Program-made: the position numbers and the translations under genes
Notes under the pieces: model-generated
Databases searched by the model: none
The model's input: only the letters and a program-made list of their open reading frames with translations
Told to the model about the DNA's origin: nothing
Part shown: piece by piece, positions 9,876 through 18,870 of the stretch
Layout of the letters: the number at the start of each line of letters is the position of its first letter
Position numbering within the stretch: the first letter of the stretch is position 1
NCBI GenBank assembly: GCA_022821235.1
Contig: JAJEEA010000534.1
Coordinates: 1 to 61,035, forward strand
From: Vicinamibacteria bacterium
GTDB lineage: Bacteria; Acidobacteriota; Vicinamibacteria; Vicinamibacterales; UBA8438
Reading direction: 5' to 3'
DNA: 61,035 nucleotides

Positions 9876-10766
9876 ATGGGCCGACTGGAGGAAACCGTCG
9901 TGGGCTTTGTCGAAACCGCCGCCGATCCGTGGGGACGCGAGGTGCTGACGCATGTCGCGTGGAACGCCCTGTGGGTGTCGATCTTCGTCTTCATCACCTT
10001 TCTCGTCGCGCACGCGTCCTACGTCATCCTGTCGGCGCACCGGGTCAGGGCGAAGGCGGAGACGGACGCCCTCGAAGAGAAGCACGCCGGACTGCCGAAG
10101 CGCGTCAAGCGGCACTCGTTCATGGCGCGGCTGTTCCACTGGGTGATGGCGGGGTCCATCTTCACGCTGCTGGGCACCGCGTTCTTCCCGATCATGGGGT
10201 GGCGGTTCGACTGGGTCGGCATCCACTACACGGCGGGGCTGGTGCTGACCGGGGCCATCGTCTTCCACATCTTCCACACCGTGTTCTTCCTCGACTTCTG
10301 GTCGATCTGGGTCGGCCCGAAGGACATCCCCGAGTTCAAGGCCGAGGTCATGCGCGAGGCGGGCCACGAGGTGCCGGGGCCGCACCCGGCCAAGTACCCC
10401 ATCGGCAACCGCCTGTATCACCTGGTGCTGACGTTCGTGGGGTGCACGGTGGCCCTGACCGGGATGGTGATGCTGTGGCGCATGGGCACGCCGTTCATCA
10501 CCCCCAACCCCTACATCCTCCCGGAGGGCGCGTGGGGATGGATCTACGTCTTCCACGGCATGACCGGCCTGTCCCTCGCCGGGCTGAGCCTCGCCCACAT
10601 CATCTTCGGCGCCCGGCCGAAGAACTGGTGGCTGACGAAGTCGATGATCGTCGGCTCGGTCTCCCGGCGCGAGTACCTGGAACACCACGAGCCGTCACGC
10701 TGGCCGGTCAGGGCCCGCTCGGCCGGTGCGGCGGACGACTCGGTGCCGGAGACCGGCGACGCGTAG
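9876..10766 (+). CDS. Cytochrome b-like membrane protein (Ni/Fe-hydrogenase or formate-dehydrogenase gamma-type b-cytochrome fold)
   Basis: I chose the internal ATG at 9876 of ORF 9738..10766 because the N-terminal extension looks like a shadow. The protein has multiple TM helices with conserved-looking His residues (RLFHWVMAG, AIVFHIFHTVFF, LYHLVLTF, YVFHGMTGLSLAGLSLAHIIFG). Confidence 0.7.
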   Translation: MGRLEETVVGFVETAADPWGREVLTHVAWNALWVSIFVFITFLVAHASYVILSAHRVRAKAETDALEEKHAGLPKRVKRHSFMARLFHWVMAGSIFTLLGTAFFPIMGWRFDWVGIHYTAGLVLTGAIVFHIFHTVFFLDFWSIWVGPKDIPEFKAEVMREAGHEVPGPHPAKYPIGNRLYHLVLTFVGCTVALTGMVMLWRMGTPFITPNPYILPEGAWGWIYVFHGMTGLSLAGLSLAHIIFGARPKNWWLTKSMIVGSVSRREYLEHHEPSRWPVRARSAGAADDSVPETGDA

Positions 10767-11017
10767 AGGCATCGGTAGCGCGTGGCGAAAGGCCCGGCCG
10801 CGTTTCGGAGCGACTCGCAATCGCCAAGGACTTGAAGGAAGCCTGCACCGCCCCCGCAGCCGAAGGCGTGCGGCAACCCCCGGCGGCGCGCTCGGACAGG
10901 GCTCAGGCCGTGGGTGACTACCTCCGGGGGCAGCGGCACGGAAAGAGAGCAGGCTGTCCGGTACCGAGGCCGGTGGCGCGCTGACGAGCACTCGTTCCGG
11001 CTCGCGAAGCTGCGCGA

Positions 11018-12013
11018 TCAGGAAACAGGCGGGTGATACCGCCACTCACCGTCCGACTCCCGGACCGTCTGTCCGCCGTTGCCGTGCGTCCTCCAGGGTC
11101 GCCCGTCGAGCACGTCTTCCGCGATGCCGATCGCCGACAGGGTGGTCGGCGCGGCCAAGTCGGCCAGGTATTGCACGAAGCGGCGCAGGTCGCCGCCGTC
11201 GGCCCACTCCAGGTTCCTGATGTAGTCGTCGCGCTGTGCCGTCGAGATGACGGGAGGAAACTCCCCGGCACGGGCGAAGACGTAGGCCATCAGCAGCCGC
11301 GCCATGCGGCCGTTGCCGTCCTGGAAGGGATGGATGCGGACGAAGCGGTGGTGCAGCCATGCCGCCTCGACCTCGGCCGGCAGGCCGCGGTCCGCGTGAC
11401 CGTGGTGCATCTCCAGCAGCCGATCCATCTCGCTGCGGGTCTGCTCGGGCGGGCAGTACTCGTGGACGACGCCGTCCGGCCGCCGGGGGTTGTTCGGCCA
11501 CACCTTGTAGTCGCCGCGGCGCAGCTCGATCAGCACGCGCCGCCCGTCGCGCACACCGGCCGCGTGCTCCTGGTGGCGGGTCAGGAGCTGGTGCCAGCTC
11601 TTCATAGTGTGGTGGGACAGCCGGCGACGGCCGGCCGCGGCCTCGAAGACCAGATCGACGGCGGCGTGCTGGTCCTCCAGCAGGCCCTTCAAGGTCTGGT
11701 CCGACAGACCCGGCTCGAACGCGTGGGCGGCGCGCACTCCCTCGAAGCCCTCGGCGATCAGTTGCTCGGTCACTCCGCGCCGCAGCGTGTAGAGCCCCTC
11801 TATCTGGCCGGTCTCGATGGCGAACGCCCGCGCTCGCTCGCGCAGCCAGATGTCGAGCAGCGTGCGATCGACAGCCCGGTCCTGGAGCCGGCCGCGGACG
11901 TCATGCCAACGCCGGACGCGCTCCCGGTAGTCCGAAGATCCCCAGGAAGCGGCGTCGGCCGGCAGGTCCTCGACAGGCTTCCAGACAGCCTCGGGCGGCT
12001 TCCCGCTTCCCAT
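11018..12013 (-). CDS. Fic-family protein (AMPylase-type), class with an N-terminal inhibitory helix
   Basis: The Fic active-site motif HPFQDGNGRMARLL matches HxFx(D/E)GNGRxxR. The upstream segment IETGQIEG matches the (S/T)xxxE(G/N) auto-inhibition motif. Confidence 0.9.
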   Translation of the reverse strand: MGSGKPPEAVWKPVEDLPADAASWGSSDYRERVRRWHDVRGRLQDRAVDRTLLDIWLRERARAFAIETGQIEGLYTLRRGVTEQLIAEGFEGVRAAHAFEPGLSDQTLKGLLEDQHAAVDLVFEAAAGRRRLSHHTMKSWHQLLTRHQEHAAGVRDGRRVLIELRRGDYKVWPNNPRRPDGVVHEYCPPEQTRSEMDRLLEMHHGHADRGLPAEVEAAWLHHRFVRIHPFQDGNGRMARLLMAYVFARAGEFPPVISTAQRDDYIRNLEWADGGDLRRFVQYLADLAAPTTLSAIGIAEDVLDGRPWRTHGNGGQTVRESDGEWRYHPPVS

Positions 12014-12459
12014 GAGGCCAGCGTAGCACGACGGTCATGCCGCTACAACGCGGCCGGAGAATCGTCACTCGCGGCCGATCCGCGGTCGACCACAGGCATG
12101 AGCCCGAGGGCCGATCTTGCGGCCAACGCGGCGCGAACCACGACCCGCCGCACCGGCCCGGGAGCCGGCCATGAATCCGAGTGCCGGGTCTTGCGGCCAA
12201 CGCGGCGGCGAACCAACCGGCCCGGGAACCGGCCATGAACCTAGTGGTGCGTCACGTCCCAATCTTCGGATACGGACATGGGTTTGGGGCCGGCAATCGT
12301 TGACGAATCACCGCCCACGCACCCGAGCATTCAGTCATGACGCAGCACTAGCCCCCGAGCTCACACCGCGCCATCGGGGGATCGGATCGGCCGCATCCGC
12401 GGTGAATCGACCATGAACCCGAACCCCGGGTTCGACGTAGGAACAGGGCAGGAGGAACC

Positions 12460-13389
12460 TTGATCACGGTCGACGCGCTGCGCAAGAGCTACGGCGAACT
12501 CGTCGCGGTTGACGGGGTCAGCTTCGTCGCCGGCGAGGGCGGCATCTTCGGGCTGCTCGGGCCCAACGGGGCGGGCAAGTCGACGACCATCGGCTGCATC
12601 TCGGGCCTGCTGCCGCCGTCGTCGGGCCGCATCCGCGTGCTCGGGCACGACGTGGTGCTCGACGGGCGCGCGGCGCGTTCGAGCATCGGGGTGGTGCCGC
12701 AGGAGCTGGCCCTCTACGAGGACCTGAGCGCGGCCGACAATCTCGGCTACTGGGGCGCCGCCTACGGCCTGCGGGGGCCGGAGCTGAAGCGGCGGATCGG
12801 CGAGGTGCTGGAGCTGACCGGGCTGCTCGACCGCGCGCGCGAGCCGGTCAAGCGGTACAGCGGGGGCATGAAGCGCCGCCTGAACTTCGGCTGCGGCATC
12901 GTCCACCGGCCGCGCGTCCTCCTGCTCGACGAGCCCACGGTGGGGGTGGACCCGCAGAGCCGGGTGCGGCTGCTCGACCTCGTGCGCGAGCAGGTGGCGG
13001 CGGGCACCTGCGTCCTCTACACGACGCACTACATGGAAGAGGCGCAGGCGCTGTGCGACCGGCTCGCGATCATGGACCACGGCCGCATCCTCGCGGCCGG
13101 AACGCTGGCCGAGCTGCGTGCCATGGTGGGCGAGCGCGACCTCCTGCGACTGACCGGCAGGTTCGACGCGGATCTCGTGCAGGGCGCGGTCGAGGCCCTC
13201 GGCGACGCGGAGATGGTGAGCGCGGATGCCGGCGCCCTCCTCATCGCGGCGGACGATGCCTCGCGCCGGCTGCCCGCCATCCTGGAGACGGTCGCCGGCG
13301 CGGGCGGAGAGGTCGCCGAGATCACGCTGAGCCAGCCGAGCCTCGAGAACCTCTTCATCACCCTCACGGGACGGGAGCTGCGCGAGTGA
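12460..13389 (+). CDS. ABC transporter ATP-binding protein
   Basis: The TTG start is preceded by GGAGGA. The ORF has Walker A (GPNGAGKST), the ABC signature (YSGGMKRRL) and Walker B (LLLDEP). Confidence 0.95.
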   Translation: MITVDALRKSYGELVAVDGVSFVAGEGGIFGLLGPNGAGKSTTIGCISGLLPPSSGRIRVLGHDVVLDGRAARSSIGVVPQELALYEDLSAADNLGYWGAAYGLRGPELKRRIGEVLELTGLLDRAREPVKRYSGGMKRRLNFGCGIVHRPRVLLLDEPTVGVDPQSRVRLLDLVREQVAAGTCVLYTTHYMEEAQALCDRLAIMDHGRILAAGTLAELRAMVGERDLLRLTGRFDADLVQGAVEALGDAEMVSADAGALLIAADDASRRLPAILETVAGAGGEVAEITLSQPSLENLFITLTGRELRE

Positions 13390-14642
13390 CGGGGCGCTTC
13401 ATCGCCGCGACCGCCCTCAAGGACGTGCGGCGGCAGCTCGCGGATCCGGTGGGCCTGCTCATCTGGATGGGTCTGCCCCTGGCCATCGGCGGCCTGCTGG
13501 TCCTCGTCACCGGCGGCGGAGGCTCGCCGCGGGGACGGCTGCTGGTGGCCGACGAGGACGGGTCGTTCCTGAGCGGCCTCGTCGGCGGCGCCGCGGCGCA
13601 GGGACCGATGGCCGAGCTCTTCGACGTCACGCCGGTGGGCCCCGACGAGGGCCGGCGCATCCTGGACGCCGGCGACGCCAGCGCCCTCGTCGTCCTGCCG
13701 GCCGGCCTCCAGGACGCCGTGCTCGGCGAGGGGACGGCGGAGATCCGGCTCGTCACCAACCCGGCCCAGCGCATCCTGCCCGGCATGGTGGAAGAGGCGC
13801 TGGAGATCGCGGTCGAGCTGGCCTTCTACGGCGAGCGCCTGCTCGGGGAGCCCGCGCGCCAGATTCTGGACGGGCCGGCCGACGGCGGCAGCTTCTTCTC
13901 CGACGACGCCGTCGCCGAGCTGACCATCGCCATCAACACGCGCCTGCGGGAGCTCGGCGACACGCTGTCGCCGCCCCTGCTCACCGTCGAGTTCGTCGAC
14001 CCGCCCGACGCCGGCGAGACGGACGGGCCGCCCGGGGCCGTCGACCTCGGCATGATCTTCCTGCCCGGCATGATCTTCATGTCGATCCTGTTCACCGCGC
14101 AGGGCATGAGCGGCGACGTGTGGAACGAGAAGCGGCTCGGCACCCTGCGCCGCGCCGCGTCCGCGCCCCCGCCGATGGCCGCGATCCTCGCCGGCAAGCT
14201 GCTCGCGGGCGGGGCGGTCGTCGGCGCGGTCGCGGTGGTCGGGGTGGCGCTGGGCCTGGTCCTCCTCGAACTGCCGCCGCTCCACGCCCCGCTCGCGGTC
14301 CTCTGGATCACGTTCGCGGGCGCGGTGATGCTGAGCTTCTTCGTGCTGCTGCAGTTGCTCGCCTCGGGCCAGCAGGCCGGCGGCATGCTCTCGAACCTGG
14401 TGCTGTTCCCGATCGTGATGCTGGGCGGCTCGTTCTTCCCCTTCGAGGCGATGCCCGAGTGGATGGCCGCCGTCGGCCGGTGGACGCCGAACGGCCTCGC
14501 CCTCGTGCGCCTCGAGGAGATCGTCGCGGGCCAGCCGGACGCCGGCGGCCTGCTCGCGGCGGCCCTCGCCATCGGCCTTCCCGCCGCCGCCGCGTTCGCG
14601 CTCTCGGTACGGCGGCTGCGTGGCGGCTTCCTGGTGGGCTGA
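13386..14642 (+). CDS. ABC-2 type transporter permease
   Basis: A GTG at 13386 overlaps the ATPase stop codon (GTGA). The ORF has an N-terminal TM helix, a large extracytoplasmic loop and a C-terminal multi-TM block (FAGAVMLSFFVLLQLLASG..., LVLFPIVMLGGSFFPFEAMPEWM). Confidence 0.8.
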   Translation: MTGRFIAATALKDVRRQLADPVGLLIWMGLPLAIGGLLVLVTGGGGSPRGRLLVADEDGSFLSGLVGGAAAQGPMAELFDVTPVGPDEGRRILDAGDASALVVLPAGLQDAVLGEGTAEIRLVTNPAQRILPGMVEEALEIAVELAFYGERLLGEPARQILDGPADGGSFFSDDAVAELTIAINTRLRELGDTLSPPLLTVEFVDPPDAGETDGPPGAVDLGMIFLPGMIFMSILFTAQGMSGDVWNEKRLGTLRRAASAPPPMAAILAGKLLAGGAVVGAVAVVGVALGLVLLELPPLHAPLAVLWITFAGAVMLSFFVLLQLLASGQQAGGMLSNLVLFPIVMLGGSFFPFEAMPEWMAAVGRWTPNGLALVRLEEIVAGQPDAGGLLAAALAIGLPAAAAFALSVRRLRGGFLVG

Positions 14643-14706
14643 CCATGCGGGGGAACGCCGGGCTCATCGCGGCCCGGCAGGCCAACATGGTGATCGAGGT
14701 GGTGAA

Positions 14707-15873
14707 TTGACCTTGTGGCGGGACGCCCGGCTCATCGCGCGGCACGATCTGCGCCGCATGCTCCTGGCCCGCGAGACCCTGCTGGGGACCTTCGCGATGC
14801 CGGTGATCTTCTTCTATTTCCTCGGCACCGTGACCGGTGGGTTCGGGACCACCGACCCCGACCGGCCCGACCCCATCGCGCTGCAGGGGTCGAACGGGGG
14901 CGGCTTCCTCGTGGCCGAGCTGACCCGCCGGCTCGAGGAGCAGAACTTCGCGGTGGCGACGCCGGCGTCGGCCGACGAGGCGGAAAGGTACGCGCGGCGG
15001 CTGACCCTGCCCGAGCCGGCGGCCGGCCACGAGGACCTGACCACCTCGGTCCTCGCCGGGAACCAGGCCACCCTGACCTTCGACCGCCGCGGCGACGATC
15101 TCAACCGGCAGTACGACCAGCTTCGCGTGGGCCGCGCCGTCTACACGGTGCTGGCCGACCTCGCGGCCGCCTCGGTCCTCGACGGCGGCGCGTCGCCGGA
15201 GACGTTCGCGGCCCTCGCGGCGGCGCCGCGCACGGTGACCCTCGAGGTCAGCTCCGCGGGGCGGCGGGAGGACCCGCCGACCGGCTACGCGCAGGCCATT
15301 CCCGGCACCATGGTCATGTTCACGATGCTCGTGCTGATGACCACCGGCGGCATCACCCTCGTGATCGAGCGGAAGCAGGGCCTGCTGCGCCGGCTCGCGT
15401 CGACCCCGGTCCGGCCCGCCTCGGTCGTGGCCGGCAAGTGGGCGGCGCGCATCGCCCTGGGCATGGTGCAGATCGGCTTCGCCATGCTCATAGGCCGCGT
15501 CCTGTTCGGAATGGACTGGGGCGCCGCGGTGGGCATGGTGGGCCTCGTCCTGCTCGCGTGGGCGGGGCTCAACGCCTCGCTCGCCCTCCTGCTGGGCAAC
15601 CTCGCGCGCAGCGAGGGGCAGATGGCGGGCATCGGGGTGCTGGGCACGATGGCGCTGGCCGCCCTGGGCGGCTGCTGGTGGCCCATCGAGATCACCCCCG
15701 CATGGATGCAGTCGCTCGCCGGCTTCCTGCCCACCGGGTGGACCATGGACGCGCTGCACAAGCTCGTGAGCTTCGGCTACGGCCCCACCGCCGCCCTGCC
15801 CCACGCGGCCGCCCTCGCCGCCGCCGCGCTGCTCTGCGCCGCCGCGGCAGCGCGGACGTTCCGCTACCAGTGA
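14707..15873 (+). CDS. Second ABC-2 type transporter permease
   Basis: Its architecture matches the preceding gene (AIPGTMVMFTMLVLMTTGGITLVIERKQGLLRRL, CWWPIEITPAWMQSLAGFLPTGWTMDAL). The start is uncertain (TTG at 14707 or 14713). Confidence 0.8.
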   Translation: MTLWRDARLIARHDLRRMLLARETLLGTFAMPVIFFYFLGTVTGGFGTTDPDRPDPIALQGSNGGGFLVAELTRRLEEQNFAVATPASADEAERYARRLTLPEPAAGHEDLTTSVLAGNQATLTFDRRGDDLNRQYDQLRVGRAVYTVLADLAAASVLDGGASPETFAALAAAPRTVTLEVSSAGRREDPPTGYAQAIPGTMVMFTMLVLMTTGGITLVIERKQGLLRRLASTPVRPASVVAGKWAARIALGMVQIGFAMLIGRVLFGMDWGAAVGMVGLVLLAWAGLNASLALLLGNLARSEGQMAGIGVLGTMALAALGGCWWPIEITPAWMQSLAGFLPTGWTMDALHKLVSFGYGPTAALPHAAALAAAALLCAAAAARTFRYQ

Positions 15874-15887
15874 GTTTCAAGCGTCGA

Positions 15888-16344
15888 TCACGGTCTGCGG
15901 TCGTATGCAACCAGGTCCCGATCGTGCGACCAGATGGTGACCCGGCGGGCGGGATGCTGCGCGCAGGTTCGTTCCCACGCCTTGACGATGGAGAGATCGC
16001 CCATGCCGGCGCCGCGCATGGCGGAATCCGGGAAATCGTCGAGCCAGCCCGCCAGCTCACGGTCATCGGGCAGCCGAATCGGCGTCCAGGGCGCCTGCCC
16101 TGCCAGTGCTTCACGTACCCGGTCCTTGAACGTCTCCGCATAACGCCGTCGCTGCCGCCCGTCGGCAAGCTGGGCGATGTGGTTGCCCGCCTCGAAGATG
16201 GCGGCGATCGGCAGCAGCAGATTCGCCCCCGCCTCGATGAAGTCGTTGAACCGCGAAAGATCGGCTTCGCGATCCTGATTGAACCCGGGAACGTCGAGCA
16301 CGTTCAGGAAACACGCTGGTGTCGACGATGACGATGCCAGACAT
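15888..16344 (-). pseudogene. PIN-like nuclease gene with one frameshift, downstream partner of the ATPase at 16373..17678
   Basis: The ATG at 16344 gives MSGIVIVDTSVF, a PIN N-terminus. The rest of the domain continues in the 15888..16376 frame: LNVLDVPGFNQDREADLSRFNDFIEAGANLLLPIAAIFEAGNHIAQL...GMGDLSIVKAW...IWSHDRDL. The frame switch is at about 16304-16314 (GTGTTTCCTGAA). Start-to-stop length is 457 nt, which is 3n+1. Confidence 0.55.
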
Positions 16345-16372
16345 TCCGGTGGCGATTCTCGGAAGGGGGTCG

Positions 16373-17678
16373 TCAACCGGCCTGTGTCCGGATGTCGTCG
16401 AGCCAGGCGCGGGCTCGCTCTCTCCGCTGTTCCGGGCCAGGACGGTCCTGCACGAAACGTTCGAGGATTCCCCGTGTCATCAGATGACCGACCGACCCGC
16501 GTGCGATGAGCTCGGGGTAGTCCCGAAGGTCCATCAGGCGAATCAACTTACTCGATCCGTCGTCGTGGCTGCGGTAGCAGCAGACCACGTGAGGCGTGGC
16601 ATCGTCCGGCAGCGCGTCCAGCAAGGCAGGATTGTGGCTGCTGATGAGGACCCGGAGGTTCCGCGACTTCGCGAGACGGGACATGTGGTCGAGCAGGCGT
16701 TCGGCACGGCTCGGATGGACGCCGTTGTCGATCTCTTCGATGACGACCAGACGGTCCTCCGCCGACAGGATCGCTGCCGCGATCGCCAGCACGCGGAGTG
16801 TTCCGTCCGACAACAGGGTGGCGTCGTAGGTTGTGCTCCGTCCGCCGAACGTCTCGGTCAGCGTGACCATGACTTCACCACGTGGGGTCTCGATGAAATC
16901 AATTGCCTTGATGTCCTGCTCCGGCAATGCCCGCACGAATTCGAGCAAGTCGTCCCTGGTTTCCTCGGTTTCGCAGAGGTTGTACAGCGCACCGGAGAGG
17001 TTCGCCCCACTGCCGGTCAAGCGCCGCTCGGTCTTGAAGCTGTACGCCCGCATGAGTGACGGGCGCGGATCAAGCCACGTAATGGTGGAGAGTTGCTGGT
17101 GAAATCGGCTGGTCGTGGCCGGAATCTCCTTCTGCGCCTTCTTGTGACCGCTATAGAATCTCGCCGAACTCATGAGTTGACAGAGCACGGCCATCTGGTC
17201 ACTGCAAGCGATTTGCGGCTTCCTGCCGCCGCGCGCAAAGTTGTTGTAGGCGACGGACATATCGCCAAGGGCGCCCTGCGAAGGCGTCACGACCTCGAAG
17301 AGCGGGGCGAACGAGGCACGTCCGGTTCCCGTCAGCCGCTCGTCGGCGATGTGCAGTTCGTCGTCGTCCCGCACTTCCAGCTTGATCGAGTAGTTGTCCC
17401 AATCCGACGCGTCTGTACTGCAGGCGAGGGAAAAGGCACGCTCCGGCCGGAACCCGAGATCACTCACATTGCCGCGGATCGCGTGCTCCTTCCTCCTGCA
17501 GTGCATTGCGGATCGACGCGAGCCTGTTGCCCGCAGCGATCCAGGACAAGAGGCGCAGCCCCTCGACGACGTTGCTCTTGCCCGCCGCATTCGCGCCGAT
17601 CAGGATCGTCAGCGGCGCCAGCTTCAGCGTTGCCTGCCGGTAGCTCTTGAAGTTCGCGATCGAGAAGCTGGACAGCAT
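16373..17678 (-). pseudogene. ABC/AAA_15-21-type ATPase (OLD/PtuA/AriA-like class) with one frameshift
   Basis: The N-terminus lies in ORF 17460..17678: MLSSFSIANFKSYRQATLKLAPLTILIGANAAGKSNVVEGLRLLSWI, with Walker A. The remainder lies in ORF 16373..17590: HAIRGNVSDLGF..., LSDGTLRVLAIAAAILSAEDRLVVIEEIDNGVHPSRAERLLDHM, with signature-like and Walker B motifs, then ISSHNPALLDAL. The frame switch is at about 17484-17498. Total length is 1306 nt, which is 3n+1. Confidence 0.75.
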
Positions 17679-17821
17679 CCGAAGTTCCCCTTGGGCGGGT
17701 GCGGCACATCGCGCCCGCTCTCTCTACTCTACCCCGACGGCCACACGACGAGTAGACGCGATGTGCCGCCATCCCCGGAGTCGTTCGGCGATCGCGCCGA
17801 ACGTATAGGATCTGGGGACCC

Positions 17822-18706
17822 ATGTCGACCACTGACGCCCATCGCGAAGACTCTCAGCCCATGAGCCCGGCCGGATCGCCGCCCCGCGGGGACGGCCCGC
17901 TCGTGGCCCGGGCTCGCCGGACGGTCGGCGCCGGGTGGTTCCGGCACGGCGTCACCGCCGTCATCGTCGCCAACGCCGTCGTCATCGGCCTCGACACGTC
18001 GGTCGCCCTGGCCGCGCGCTTCGGCGGGGCGTTCGCGCTGGCCAGCCAGACGTTCCTCGCGATCTTCGTCGTCGAGGCCCTGATCAAGATGGCGGCGGTG
18101 TGGCCGCGGCTCCGGGACTACTTCGCGGACGGCTGGAACCTCTTCGACTTCACGGTCATCGCGGTCAGCCTGCTGCCGGCCACCGGCGAGCTGGCGACCC
18201 TCGCCCGGCTCGCCCGCCTGTTCCGGGTGCTGCGGCTCGTGTCGGCGCTGCCCGAGCTGCGGCTCATCGTCGCCACCCTGATCCGCTCCGTCCCCGGCAT
18301 GTTCAACGTGCTCGCGCTGATGTCCATCGTCTTCTACGTCTACGGCGTGGCCGGCTACCACCTGTTCCGCGACATCGACCCGACGCACTGGCGCACCCTC
18401 GGCATCTCGCTCCTGTCGCTCTTCCGCATCGTCACCCTGGAGGACTGGACCGACATCATGTACGCGGCCCTCGACCACCACTGGTGGGCGTGGGCGTACT
18501 TCGTGAGCTTCGTGGTGGTGGGGACGTTCGTCGTCATCAACCTGTTCATCGCGGTGGTCATCAACAGCCTCGACGAGGCGAAGCAGGACCGGCTGCGCGA
18601 GCTCGCGGCGCCCCCGTCGCACAAGGAGCTGATGGCGGAGCTGTCCCGCACGCGGGACACGCTGGCCCGGCTGCAGGAGCGCCTGGAACGCGCGGGGCGC
18701 GGGTAG
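17822..18706 (+). CDS. Single-domain voltage-gated cation channel (BacNav/NaChBac family) with a C-terminal coiled coil
   Basis: The ORF has six TM segments. S4 carries spaced Arg residues (LARLARLFRVLRLVSALPELR). The pore filter is FRIVTLEDWTDIMY. The C-terminal helix is DEAKQDRLRELA...LARLQERLERA. Confidence 0.9.
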   Translation: MSTTDAHREDSQPMSPAGSPPRGDGPLVARARRTVGAGWFRHGVTAVIVANAVVIGLDTSVALAARFGGAFALASQTFLAIFVVEALIKMAAVWPRLRDYFADGWNLFDFTVIAVSLLPATGELATLARLARLFRVLRLVSALPELRLIVATLIRSVPGMFNVLALMSIVFYVYGVAGYHLFRDIDPTHWRTLGISLLSLFRIVTLEDWTDIMYAALDHHWWAWAYFVSFVVVGTFVVINLFIAVVINSLDEAKQDRLRELAAPPSHKELMAELSRTRDTLARLQERLERAGRG

Positions 18707-18870
18707 GCAGGCGGCGGAGCGCGCTCGGAAGCACAAGGCGCGCGTCTGCGCGCCCCGCCGGACGGGCTTTCGTCGGACTCGGGCCGGACGGAACTCCGGG
18801 CCTCAGGCCGGAGATCCCTCCTGCAGCCTGGACCGCCGCCGGCTACACGTCCGGTCGACACCGCAGTCGG

